64,000 nt of DNA, from positions 8,006-72,005 of the IMG/VR virus record IMGVR_UViG_3300027749_000096; one strand, 5' to 3'. Position 1 is the stretch's first letter. Each line of letters opens with the position of its first letter. The notes under the pieces are model-generated. The model had not been told where the DNA came from, ran no database searches, and saw nothing but the letters and a program-made list of their open reading frames with translations. A program made the translations under genes and the position numbers. Positions 1-8,912 of this stretch are shown here, piece after piece. The stretch comes from a virus.

Positions 1-150
1 ATTAACTAAGTCTTTACGGATTTCATCCATCCATAGTTTACCACTTTTTCTACAAGATTGAATACCATACTTCTGTCTACGAAATTCATCATAAACAGAG
101 TTAGCAAAATTTACTAAGTATTTTTCTCTTTGTGGTAATAAGTTTCTCAT
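1..150 (-). CDS. hypothetical virion-module protein, partial (runs off window)
   Basis: ATG at 150, open to position 1 (MRNLLPQREKYLVNFANSVYDEFRRQKYGIQSC...); translated by hand. Confidence 0.7.
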   Translation of the reverse strand, partial: MRNLLPQREKYLVNFANSVYDEFRRQKYGIQSCRKSGKLWMDEIRKDLVN

Positions 151-152
151 TA

Positions 153-284
153 TTAAGGTTTTTTAGCATTAGCCAGCTTTTGTTCATAAGCATTAATACA
201 TGCTGAACAACATTGTTTCCCATCTGAAGCTGATCTTTTTTGACAACCACAACTAATTGGGGCATTACAATTTGGACAATTCAT
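153..284 (-). CDS. 43-aa Cys-rich peptide
   Basis: Hand-translated MNCPNCNAPISCGCQKRSASDGKQCCSACINAYEQKLANAKKP; A-rich leader; fills intergenic gap. Confidence 0.7.
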   Translation of the reverse strand: MNCPNCNAPISCGCQKRSASDGKQCCSACINAYEQKLANAKKP

Positions 285-310
285 TTTATTTGGTTTTTTT
301 TATGAATAAA

Positions 311-853
311 TTAACAATAACTTCCGTATTTCTGTAATCTTGATTGAGCATACATAAGCAGTTCCATCCCTTCTTGTAAATCATTACATTGTTCCACTTT
401 AGCTTTAGCTGCATCAATATAAGATTTAATAAGTCTAAGTTCATTTAGCTGATCTTTTACATCAGGTTCTGGTTCACATGCTGCTAGTTCCACCTTACAA
501 AGTTCATTATAATATTTATTTGTAATCATACAAACTCTAAGATAATGATATTGAACAAACACTTTATCATTTGGACTTACAGAATATCTTATAGTGTAGA
601 TACCATCAGGTAGACGTTCACTAATTGTACCACATCCAGCACTTTGTATACCAAGAGTACATCCGTTTAGAATAAGATTGAATCCTGATATAACATCTAT
701 AGCCACTGGTTCATTAAAACCTGGGGATGTAATTTCTAATTTGTTACAAGTAACAGGCACATGAGGGTCATATATACTAGTATCTAGTACACGGAACACT
801 GAACAATTATTTGTATCTGGTACATCTAAACTTAACTGGTGTTTGTAAGCCAT
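311..853 (-). CDS. putative virion structural protein
   Basis: 180-aa ORF in structural block, behind the candidate late promoter motif. Confidence 0.5.
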   Translation of the reverse strand: MAYKHQLSLDVPDTNNCSVFRVLDTSIYDPHVPVTCNKLEITSPGFNEPVAIDVISGFNLILNGCTLGIQSAGCGTISERLPDGIYTIRYSVSPNDKVFVQYHYLRVCMITNKYYNELCKVELAACEPEPDVKDQLNELRLIKSYIDAAKAKVEQCNDLQEGMELLMYAQSRLQKYGSYC

Positions 854-894
854 TTTATAAACTTTATAGATTTAAAGAGAAAGTATCTCCTCAA

Positions 895-906
895 TAATAA
901 TATACT
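895..906 (-). promoter_or_regulatory. candidate late promoter motif (TATATTAT core)
   Basis: AGTATATTATTA on minus strand; same motif at 3067, 13052, 23985, 49713. Confidence 0.5.
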
Positions 907-929
907 ATTTTTTGAGCAGTTTTCAAAAT

Positions 930-964
930 AAAAAAAGGGAGAGACATGAAGTCTTCTCCCTTTT
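930..964 (-). terminator. intrinsic terminator after 676-aa structural gene
   Basis: GGGAGAGAC/GTCTTCTCCC stem flanked by A and T tracts. Confidence 0.75.
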
Positions 965-984
965 CGGTTTTAAGGATTATGATA

Positions 985-3015
985 TTAATAAGTTTCCAAA
1001 GTAACTGTATTACCAGCTGCTGTACAAGCACCAACTACATAGTTAGTTAAAGATGCTGTTGAAGTACCAGTTGGAACATTGAACACTAACAAATATTGAT
1101 CGTTATCAAAAGTACCACTTGGGTTATTAAATCTAGGAACACTGTGTAAAACCATAACTTGATCATACAATGAAGTTCTAGAAATGTTAGCCAAAGCTGG
1201 GTTTTGTTCAATCTCTCTCATTCTTAAGCTTTCTACACGAGCACTATCAGGATAAGCTAATTGTAAGTAACGGTCAGATAAGATCATGTCACGTAGTACA
1301 GTTTCACCACTACCTGAAGTTTGTACAGCTGGTTGAATTATTGTAGCAGTATTAGCTGTAGTATTTACACCAGTGTTACTATTTGAAGTAGTAAAGCAGT
1401 TAACAGCACAAGGATCACCAGACTCATCAGTTAATGAAGTGTAGATTAACAATGGTTCTAAATCATATTTATCTGTTGGAGTGAAAGTACAAATACCAAA
1501 TTTAGTTTCAATATAAGCAGCACTTAATTCAATATGTGGGGGTTGTGTATAACTAAATGAAGCAGCATCAGTAGCAGCTTGATAAATTATAGCACCATTT
1601 GTAGTACCACTTAAGTTAGCAGCAATTGTTGCATTAGTTGCAATTCCAGCAGAAACTACAGCTGAACCCCCAACACCAACTTGAGTACCTGTACCTGGGA
1701 TAACTGTAGCAGCACCTACTTGAGGAGTGTCAATTGCACCAGAATAAAGATCATTGTAATAGTTAACACTAACAGTAGAACTAATTGTAGGAGCAATTTG
1801 TTGAGCTGGATAAGTAATTGTAATATCAGTATTAGTAGTAAATGCAGTTACAAATGCATTAGGAGGAATACCTTGACCAGCTGTTGTTCCAGAAATTGGA
1901 ACCCAAGCTACAGAACCTACAGCTTTTTGACCTATAGCAACACCAGTTGTACTAGAGACAGCTAATTTAACTGAAGTAGTTGTAGCAGCAGTTAAAATAG
2001 AACTAGCAGAAATATTTACAGAATATTTATATACTCTAGCTTGAACCATTGTATTAAAAATAGGACTCAAATTAATTTGATCAGCCCAATTTAATAATGT
2101 AACAACTGGATCTTTTTGTAAAGTAGGATCTACAGTGCTGCAACAACCTGTATAAGAATCTAATGTTCTATACATGTTGTGAGATAAGAAACGTAAAGCT
2201 GGACTACCTTTAACATCTACACGTAGACGGTAAGTACTGTCACAAGCTAAACCACAAGTTACTGGAACTTGAACAACATTTTGTAAAGCTTGTTTAGCAG
2301 CAATTTTAATTACACGGCTAACATACTTAGGGTTGATTGTTTTAGTCTTTACAGATTCTTTGTAACCACCAAGAGCAGGACTAATTTTATCACTGTTAAA
2401 GTAAGAACCTTGAGCAATGATGAATGGTTGAGCACTTACTGATTGAACAGCTGTACCATTTGGATTAAAGAAACCAATTTGACCAGCAGTTAAAGATGCA
2501 GTTGAACCACTAGATAATGTTGGAACTGAAAGTCCAAAAGTAATAGGAGCAGTTGTAGCAATTGTAGCAGTTACAGAATTAGATAAAGTAACTAAAGTAG
2601 AAGTAACAGCAGTAACAGTAGTGTTAGCTGGAATACTTGTACCTGTTACTGTTTGACCTACTGAAACACCAGTTGTAGCAGTAAACTCTAATACATTTGG
2701 AGCATTAAAAGAAGCACTTGGAGTAGTAGCCAACGGAGTTGTTGGAACACCAATAGTAATTACTGTTACACCAGATACTAATTTAGCAGTAATTGGAAGT
2801 GACAAAGTAATTGTATTAGTTCCAGGGACTGCTGCAACAACTGTTGTACCAGGTTGAATACCAATACCAGAAACTGATTGACCAGCTAATACACCAGTAT
2901 CATCAGTTAAAGTTATTACAGTACCTGTTGTGGTACCTAATGTAGCTGTACTAAGTGAAGCAACAGCTACTGAAGAAGGAAGGAAGCTCTTCCTAAAAGC
3001 GTGAGGAAAATACAT
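985..3015 (-). CDS. abundant virion structural protein (auxiliary capsid-like) with three internal beta-rich repeats
   Basis: Thr/Val/Ala/Ser-rich; codon usage like the MCP; repeats TGVxxGQxVxGxxIxxxTxV; position in structural block. Confidence 0.6.
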   Translation of the reverse strand: MYFPHAFRKSFLPSSVAVASLSTATLGTTTGTVITLTDDTGVLAGQSVSGIGIQPGTTVVAAVPGTNTITLSLPITAKLVSGVTVITIGVPTTPLATTPSASFNAPNVLEFTATTGVSVGQTVTGTSIPANTTVTAVTSTLVTLSNSVTATIATTAPITFGLSVPTLSSGSTASLTAGQIGFFNPNGTAVQSVSAQPFIIAQGSYFNSDKISPALGGYKESVKTKTINPKYVSRVIKIAAKQALQNVVQVPVTCGLACDSTYRLRVDVKGSPALRFLSHNMYRTLDSYTGCCSTVDPTLQKDPVVTLLNWADQINLSPIFNTMVQARVYKYSVNISASSILTAATTTSVKLAVSSTTGVAIGQKAVGSVAWVPISGTTAGQGIPPNAFVTAFTTNTDITITYPAQQIAPTISSTVSVNYYNDLYSGAIDTPQVGAATVIPGTGTQVGVGGSAVVSAGIATNATIAANLSGTTNGAIIYQAATDAASFSYTQPPHIELSAAYIETKFGICTFTPTDKYDLEPLLIYTSLTDESGDPCAVNCFTTSNSNTGVNTTANTATIIQPAVQTSGSGETVLRDMILSDRYLQLAYPDSARVESLRMREIEQNPALANISRTSLYDQVMVLHSVPRFNNPSGTFDNDQYLLVFNVPTGTSTASLTNYVVGACTAAGNTVTLETY

Positions 3016-3066
3016 AGTTTTTAAAATTTAAGGGGTTTATAAATAAAATTTTTTAATGTGTGTTTA

Positions 3067-3080
3067 TAATATAATATAAG
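3067..3080 (-). promoter_or_regulatory. candidate late promoter motif
   Basis: CTTATATTATATTA upstream of 3015 start. Confidence 0.5.
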
Positions 3081-3083
3081 GAA

Positions 3084-3548
3084 TTATTTTAAGAATAACA
3101 ATTTATATTTTGTTGAATCAATTAAACTTTTAACATTGTCAAGTTCATTAACTATTTCACTGTGTGGCATAACTGATTGTAAAGACTGTACTTTATCTTT
3201 TATTTTTCTAAGATAGTCTATACCTTCTTCTACAGTATTTAATTCTGCTGGGGCTGTATTAGGAAGTTCTAATATTTTTTCTTCAGCTCCTTGGAAGTGT
3301 TCTACTAAATCATCAGCATGTTCACCTATTTCATCATAAAAATGACCTAAAGCTTTATGAGCTGCATAAGAACCAAGCCCAGTCACTTTAAGATGTAATT
3401 TATGAAAGCTTGTTACACAGTTTAACAAGTCTTGAGCTAATGCTGCTGTTTGCATACATAGAGCACATGTTTCAGATCCACCATCCATAGAAACCATAAC
3501 AGTTACTGGATTAGATGAAAATATACTATTTCTAGATATTTTTTGCAT
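3084..3548 (-). CDS. ferritin/Dps-like four-helix protein (DUF5856-like)
   Basis: H-x2-H...SYAAHKALGHFYDEIGEHADDLVE...YKLLFLK pattern. Confidence 0.7.
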   Translation of the reverse strand: MQKISRNSIFSSNPVTVMVSMDGGSETCALCMQTAALAQDLLNCVTSFHKLHLKVTGLGSYAAHKALGHFYDEIGEHADDLVEHFQGAEEKILELPNTAPAELNTVEEGIDYLRKIKDKVQSLQSVMPHSEIVNELDNVKSLIDSTKYKLLFLK

Positions 3549-3558
3549 ATTTTATAAT

Positions 3559-4260
3559 TTAACTATTTGTTTGTACAGCTTGTTGTTCTCTTTGATATTG
3601 TGTAACACTTTCAATATCACCAGCTAATATCATAGCTGTATTGTCAGCTATTATTTCAGCTACATCATCATTAAACTCACATTCTTGATCTGATGTATAA
3701 AAAGTACCTGTTGCTATATCTATACAACCATTGAATTTAATTTCTCTAGGTTTTCTATAATATATTAAATGACATTCAGGAATAGTAAATTCACCATTTG
3801 TATAAACTTTAAGTTTATTACTCATTATAGTTGAAACAGTTTCAGCCCAGTCAAAGTTAGGTTGTTTATTTTTATCATCTAATATGATTGATATATTAGC
3901 TTCTTCTACTTGATACACTGTCATCCTACGTGGAGGACAACATTCTTTCTCAGCAAATACATCTGTTCTAACATAGTGAAGATAATCATCTGGTAGATTA
4001 GAGCATTCATAATAAATACCTTTATCCACCATTGTTACTTCTACATGTTTTAATAACTTCTGTACATCATCAACTATTCCACTACTTTGTTCAGCACCTT
4101 CTTTACGAGTATTAATAGCATATAGTTGTCTTCTAGTCCACTCAATCTGAGCTTTATTAGCTGCTTCTTGAATCTGCCAACATTCTAGATTATCATAATC
4201 CAATGAGGCTAACTTATTCAGTCTCTGCTTTATTTTAATCTGTAAGAGGTTATTATTCAT
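3559..4260 (-). CDS. putative head-tail connector/tail ring protein
   Basis: N-terminal LNKLAS...NKAQIEW helix and YYRKP motif; position downstream of MCP as in crAss-like phages. Confidence 0.55.
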   Translation of the reverse strand: MNNNLLQIKIKQRLNKLASLDYDNLECWQIQEAANKAQIEWTRRQLYAINTRKEGAEQSSGIVDDVQKLLKHVEVTMVDKGIYYECSNLPDDYLHYVRTDVFAEKECCPPRRMTVYQVEEANISIILDDKNKQPNFDWAETVSTIMSNKLKVYTNGEFTIPECHLIYYRKPREIKFNGCIDIATGTFYTSDQECEFNDDVAEIIADNTAMILAGDIESVTQYQREQQAVQTNS

Positions 4261-4263
4261 AGT

Positions 4264-4509
4264 TTAACATTTCCATTTTTTTCTTGCTAATCTTAATCTA
4301 CTATTTGGATCTTTTGCTGCATTAGGAAACTTTTTCATTTGACCTGCAGATCTAGCACAAAATGATTTTTTTCTAGGACCTCCTTGAGGTTGAGGAGCTT
4401 TGAGATGAGAACCTGGATGACTACTATTATAAGAAGCTCTACCTTTAGCATTTAAACCACCTGTAGGATTTTTACCTTCTTTTCTGGTCCAAGCTGGAGT
4501 CTTTGCCAT
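4264..4509 (-). CDS. small basic protein (DUF6321-like)
   Basis: GGLNAKGR...RKKSFCARS...KDPNSRLRLARKKWKC. Confidence 0.6.
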   Translation of the reverse strand: MAKTPAWTRKEGKNPTGGLNAKGRASYNSSHPGSHLKAPQPQGGPRKKSFCARSAGQMKKFPNAAKDPNSRLRLARKKWKC

Positions 4510-4513
4510 ATTA

Positions 4514-4747
4514 TTATTTTTTATAAGGATGTTCTTTATGCCATTTTTTAACTGAAGCTACTCCCTGTTTAACAGTTTTAGCTTTAGATTTTTGAGTAAG
4601 GTCTATAGTGTCCCATTTTCCTTTATCTGATGTAGGATGAGTAACCATAATATCACCCTTCTTACCTTTACCTAAACCTGTAGCACTTTCTTTTTTATAT
4701 ACTACATGTTTCTCACCACCTGCTGTAACTTTAGTTTTCTTAGCCAT
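4514..4747 (-). CDS. small Lys-rich protein
   Basis: 77-aa ORF, tightly packed. Confidence 0.6.
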   Translation of the reverse strand: MAKKTKVTAGGEKHVVYKKESATGLGKGKKGDIMVTHPTSDKGKWDTIDLTQKSKAKTVKQGVASVKKWHKEHPYKK

Positions 4748-5721
4748 TATTTTGGTAATCCTGCTTTAAAAGTTGTTGTTAAATCAGTAAAAGTTGATGC
4801 TCCTTTTGCTAGTTTTTGAAAACTAACTACATCTATATATGCTTCATATCCATCATCTACATTTATAAAAGTACCACTCATAAAAAATATATCTCTTGTA
4901 CTACCATTAATTAAATTTGCTCCACCTATTGATTTTATACCTGTAGTACCTACTAAAAATGTTTGACCAGCAGCTCTTATAATTTCTGTAGCTATTACCA
5001 TTTGAGCAGGTGTAACTGATCCAGTTAATGGAGCTAGTAATGTTCTATTAGCTGGTTGTGCTATTATATTAGTTAAAAAGAATTGTTGATAATCATCAAC
5101 AAAATTTGATTGTACAGGTGTACCAGCATTACTAATAGCCCAACTTACAGCTGCAGCCACTGCACCACATGAAGTATTTTGTCCTGTTTGTCCTCTTCTA
5201 ATTATAGAACCAACTGTCCCATTACTAGATATACCTATATGAGGCATATTCATAACAAACAGATTTCCTGTATTAGTGACATGACTAGCATAAGCTCCCA
5301 GTCCAGTGATACCTGTATGAGGATAACCAGCTAAACCACCAGACATAAATGGTCCTAAAAAATCATTCAATGATAAAGGATGTTGTCCTAAGTTATCATT
5401 ATCTACAAAATTAGCAGCATTAATATCATCAGAACAAACTGATAAAGACATCAATGTATCATTAGCAGGATAGCCTAAGTTCTTTAAAAACTTCTTGGTA
5501 TATTCTCCAAATGCTTGAGCTGATACAGCATTAGGGTATGTAACTCTAACTGTATTAGTATAAGAAGTTGGATTTCTATATTCTGTGTTTTCATTTATCA
5601 CCTCAATCCAATCTCCTGGTTTAGGTTTTCTAAATGAATAAGTTAATGTACCAGCAGCTATTGAACCATCTGGCTTACGTAGTACATAAGGTTTTTTAGG
5701 TTTGGTATTATTACTTCTCAT
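4747..5721 (-). CDS. LCIB/LCIC-family (theta-class) carbonic anhydrase-like protein with short basic N-terminal module
   Basis: SVCSDD, FMSGGLAGYP, ASHV, MPHIGI, RRGQ, SCGA: Cys/His/Cys zinc triad and spacing as in the LCIB_C_CA domain. Confidence 0.75.
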   Translation of the reverse strand: MRSNNTKPKKPYVLRKPDGSIAAGTLTYSFRKPKPGDWIEVINENTEYRNPTSYTNTVRVTYPNAVSAQAFGEYTKKFLKNLGYPANDTLMSLSVCSDDINAANFVDNDNLGQHPLSLNDFLGPFMSGGLAGYPHTGITGLGAYASHVTNTGNLFVMNMPHIGISSNGTVGSIIRRGQTGQNTSCGAVAAAVSWAISNAGTPVQSNFVDDYQQFFLTNIIAQPANRTLLAPLTGSVTPAQMVIATEIIRAAGQTFLVGTTGIKSIGGANLINGSTRDIFFMSGTFINVDDGYEAYIDVVSFQKLAKGASTFTDLTTTFKAGLPK

Positions 5722-5722
5722 T

Positions 5723-5866
5723 TTATTTTTTAGATTTTATTTTCTTTTCTTGTTTAAGCATTTCAGCAGATGGTTTTTTTCCAGAGCCTTTATTTTCACG
5801 GATGGAATCCCATAATCCATGTTGAGAAACAGAACCATCTTTACGTTTAATCATTTGCTTACTCAT
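5723..5866 (-). CDS. 47-aa Lys-rich protein
   Basis: Hand-translated MSKQMIKRKDGSVSQHGLWDSIRENKGSGKKPSAEMLKQEKKIKSKK; exactly fills gap. Confidence 0.7.
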   Translation of the reverse strand: MSKQMIKRKDGSVSQHGLWDSIRENKGSGKKPSAEMLKQEKKIKSKK

Positions 5867-5867
5867 A

Positions 5868-6050
5868 CTATTTTACTTTAATAAGACTAGCCACTTTAAC
5901 AGTATCAATCTTAATACTGTCTTTTACTTTTACACTGTCAATACCTTTTAAAGAAACTGTATCAACAGAATTAACTACTTCTGAATTAGATTGACAACTA
6001 TTTAATGCAACTAATGATACTAACACTAAACTTACAATTACTTTTTTCAT
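5868..6050 (-). CDS. small lipoprotein
   Basis: MKK + hydrophobic stretch + lipobox LNSC; DS/DT-rich Bacteroidota-style tail. Confidence 0.65.
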   Translation of the reverse strand: MKKVIVSLVLVSLVALNSCQSNSEVVNSVDTVSLKGIDSVKVKDSIKIDTVKVASLIKVK

Positions 6051-6070
6051 GTTTTTATTTTGAGGGTTTA

Positions 6071-6442
6071 TTACTTTTTTTTCTTAGCACCTGCTATTTT
6101 ATCAGCAAATGTTATTTTATTTTTAGGGGGAGCTAATGCAGCAAACTTCTTTTGAGATGGTGTCATACTTTTAACAGTTCCACCTTTTTTCATTTGAGTG
6201 TCTCTCATCATAGTTCCATTAGACATACCACCCATTTCCATTTTCTTTTTAATAGATCCACCAATTTTCATATAACCCATTTTAATTGCAGCTTTTTTAT
6301 CAGCAGCCATATCTTTTTCAGAACCTTCTTTGTCATGAGCTCCTTTAGCATCCATCTTCTTATCATAAGAAGATTTTTCATAAGCAGCCATTCCACCTTT
6401 TTTCTTGGGACCTATTGATCCACCTTTTTTCATGCTATACAT
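6071..6442 (-). CDS. Lys/Met/Gly-rich basic protein with repeated M-x-x-G-G motifs
   Basis: MKKGG, KKKGG, MKIGG, MEMGG, MKKGG. Confidence 0.7.
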   Translation of the reverse strand: MYSMKKGGSIGPKKKGGMAAYEKSSYDKKMDAKGAHDKEGSEKDMAADKKAAIKMGYMKIGGSIKKKMEMGGMSNGTMMRDTQMKKGGTVKSMTPSQKKFAALAPPKNKITFADKIAGAKKKK

Positions 6443-6475
6443 ATTATTTATTTTTTTCTATTTTTAGCCATTGCT

Positions 6476-6994
6476 TTAAAAGTCTTTATGTTTTTGAAGA
6501 TACTCCAGTAATCTTTCTGCAGTGTTTACATTATCATCAATTTGTCCAAGAAATCTATTACAATTTCCACATAACAAACCTCTAACTTTTCCTGTCTTGT
6601 GACAGTGATCAACTGCTAATGATCTATCTAGCTTATCTTCATGTTTATGACAAATATAACATCTGGAATCTTGTTCAGATAACATTTCATTATATTTCTC
6701 AGGAGTAATACCATATTTTTTCTTAAGTATATGTGCTCTCTGCTTATCTAAGTTATATAGTTTTTTACTTCTAGTTATATAACATTCTTTACAATACCAG
6801 CCATTTTTAGGTCTATCTAAAATATCTTTCCAAGTATCACAATTTGTACAAAAGAATTTACCATTTTTATATAAATTATAAGTTTCAGCTTCAATTTTAA
6901 GTAACTCTTCAATAGATATACCTTTTCTTTTAGCTCTTCTAGCTATTTGATAAGGATGTTGATTTCTTATAGATTCTTTTTTAATTCCACTCAT
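6476..6994 (-). mobile_element. free-standing endonuclease VII-family (His-Me finger) homing endonuclease
   Basis: KKYGITPEKYNEML..Q...CYIC...LAVDHCHKTGKVRGLLCGNCN; flanked by duplicated AAGACTTTT. Confidence 0.85.
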
Positions 6995-7149
6995 TTTTTC
7001 TTACTCATCTTGCGAAAAGTCTTAGCTAAATTATAACGTTTAGAACCAGGAGGACATGTAGAACTACCAAACTTAGAACCTGTACAAGGTTTATCAGTTC
7101 TCATTCCTTTAACAGCTCCTTGTATCCAATTTTTTTTACCTTTAGCCAT
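6991..7149 (-). CDS. 52-aa basic protein
   Basis: Hand-translated MAKGKKNWIQGAVKGMRTDKPCTGSKFGSSTCPPGSKRYNLAKTFRKMSKKK; ATGA overlap with endonuclease. Confidence 0.75.
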   Translation of the reverse strand: MAKGKKNWIQGAVKGMRTDKPCTGSKFGSSTCPPGSKRYNLAKTFRKMSKKK

Positions 7150-7162
7150 AACTTATAAATTT

Positions 7163-8179
7163 TTATTGATTCCAATGTTTTTCTACTTTCTTAGTTAAGT
7201 CCCCAAGAATTTCTTCATTTAAAGGATTTCTAAGATATTCAACTACATCAGTTAGGTTACGTCCTAATAATGTTGTAGTTTGCATATGATAAATAAATCC
7301 ATCAGCTTTGGTAGCAATATATCTATAGTAATTACTTTCTTTCACTATAGCTTTAATTTTCAAAGCTTCCATATCTAAATTAGCAGCCTCAATAAACTTC
7401 TCTGCAGTTTTTCTTTTGTTCTTATCTACAGACTCTCCGTTAATAAACTTATCCATGTTATCATAGATGATGTCATTAGGAGTGGTTTTTTTATACTGAG
7501 CACCGTTGATGTCAAGTGTCTTAGCTACTAAGAATAACTTATTCTGATTTTTATTATAAAGTTTCTCTAATTCAGAAAGAGCTTTATTTCTAAGTTTCTT
7601 AACTTCTGTATTAACCGATGCACTCTCTTCAAGTCTATCTAAATAAAACTTAGGAGGGGTAGCCATTCTACGTGCTTCTTCTAAAGATTTAGCCACCATA
7701 GAAAATCCACCAGCTTCAATTGCATAAAGTCTAATTAAATCATATGGGTCTGTAGCTGGTTCTAAATGAACTGGTTCATTTCCACATCTGATTTTAATCT
7801 TATCCCAGAAATCACTATTATCTAGTTTAAGTAATTTTACTTTATTCCAGAACATTTCATCATTAGCATCAATAACATTAGCAGCTAGTTCTTTTTCTAA
7901 CTGAGCCACTATGCTTCTAATTTGTTTCACCTTAGCTTCTTGATCTTCTAAAGGAAGATTCTTAACTTCAGGAGCATACTCATTTAATCCTGTAAGGTAT
8001 CTTTTAATACCATTAATTTCTAAACAAGCAATAGTTTCTTCATGAAAAGCTCCATCAAAAAGACTAAGTCCATATTTCTGTAAGCCCATGTTATCTACTT
8101 GAACATCAAAATAAGGACGGATTGCAATACTAGATTTCTTGTTCTGTGGATACTTTTCCACAATTGTTACATTACTCAT
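7163..8179 (-). CDS. conserved morphogenesis protein downstream of MCP
   Basis: 338-aa ORF; synteny with crAss-like capsid module. Confidence 0.5.
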   Translation of the reverse strand: MSNVTIVEKYPQNKKSSIAIRPYFDVQVDNMGLQKYGLSLFDGAFHEETIACLEINGIKRYLTGLNEYAPEVKNLPLEDQEAKVKQIRSIVAQLEKELAANVIDANDEMFWNKVKLLKLDNSDFWDKIKIRCGNEPVHLEPATDPYDLIRLYAIEAGGFSMVAKSLEEARRMATPPKFYLDRLEESASVNTEVKKLRNKALSELEKLYNKNQNKLFLVAKTLDINGAQYKKTTPNDIIYDNMDKFINGESVDKNKRKTAEKFIEAANLDMEALKIKAIVKESNYYRYIATKADGFIYHMQTTTLLGRNLTDVVEYLRNPLNEEILGDLTKKVEKHWNQ

Positions 8180-8253
8180 TGGTTGGTTTTTTGTTTTTTT
8201 TATATATCTAATTCGGATTTATTCCGAATAAAGTATTCTGTTTTTACATCAAA

Positions 8254-8793
8254 TTATGATGTAGCAAAAGGGGTAGTTATTGTACCACTTGCTAAAATTG
8301 TACCACTTACATTCCATACTGTTGAAGAAATACATTCTACAACAATTCTAGTTCCTTTAAGACCACCAGTTGTAGTACCACTTTGGGTAATAGCAACATG
8401 TGTAGATCCATCTCCTGAAAATAATTTAGGACCAGCTGTAGAACCAGGAGTTGTAGCTTCTAATCCAATTAAAACTGTTCCTTGTAAAAACTGACTAGCA
8501 GAAGCAGTTATAACTTTAAAATTATTACTTGTTATAGTGGTATTTACTATAAATGTATATTTTAATCCAACTTTTGCAGAAGGAAGAGTAAACACAATAC
8601 CAGCTGCTCTATCAGATAAAACTACAGAACCAGATTGAGTTTCACTTAATGTTACAGTGGAACTTGACCCTGAAATTGTATTAATTTTATTTAAATTGTC
8701 AATAATAGTATTTAAATGACCAAACTTTGCTAAAGACATATCAGCTCCTTTTATTAAATTATCATCTGGTGATTTTGGACTAAATTTTTTCAT
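8254..8793 (-). CDS. putative capsid decoration/fibre protein
   Basis: Beta-rich domain (FTLPSAKVGLKYTF...GT) typical of phage decoration proteins. Confidence 0.5.
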   Translation of the reverse strand: MKKFSPKSPDDNLIKGADMSLAKFGHLNTIIDNLNKINTISGSSSTVTLSETQSGSVVLSDRAAGIVFTLPSAKVGLKYTFIVNTTITSNNFKVITASASQFLQGTVLIGLEATTPGSTAGPKLFSGDGSTHVAITQSGTTTGGLKGTRIVVECISSTVWNVSGTILASGTITTPFATS

Positions 8794-8826
8794 TGTTATA
8801 TTTTTTTAATTTGTCTTAAATAATTG

Positions 8827-8884
8827 AACCTAAGAAGAGTTGCCAGCTCTCTATGTGATCAGCATAGTGGGCATACCTTAGATT
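8827..8884 (-). ncRNA. candidate compact structured RNA (3-helix junction + pseudoknot)
   Basis: AAUCUAAGG/UCUUAGGUU, CUAUG/CAUAG, AGAG/CUCU and UGCC/GGCA pairings. Confidence 0.5.
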
Positions 8885-8912
8885 GTATACAGATGCTATC
8901 TGTATAGGGGGA

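Noticed and set aside
8850-8870. Hammerhead ribozyme suggested by the CUGAUCA loop (similar heptamers near 25734 and 41175)
   Set aside because: The core needs CUGANGA plus GAAA and a UH site in a three-way junction; these are absent, and TGATCA is a short palindrome that can occur by chance
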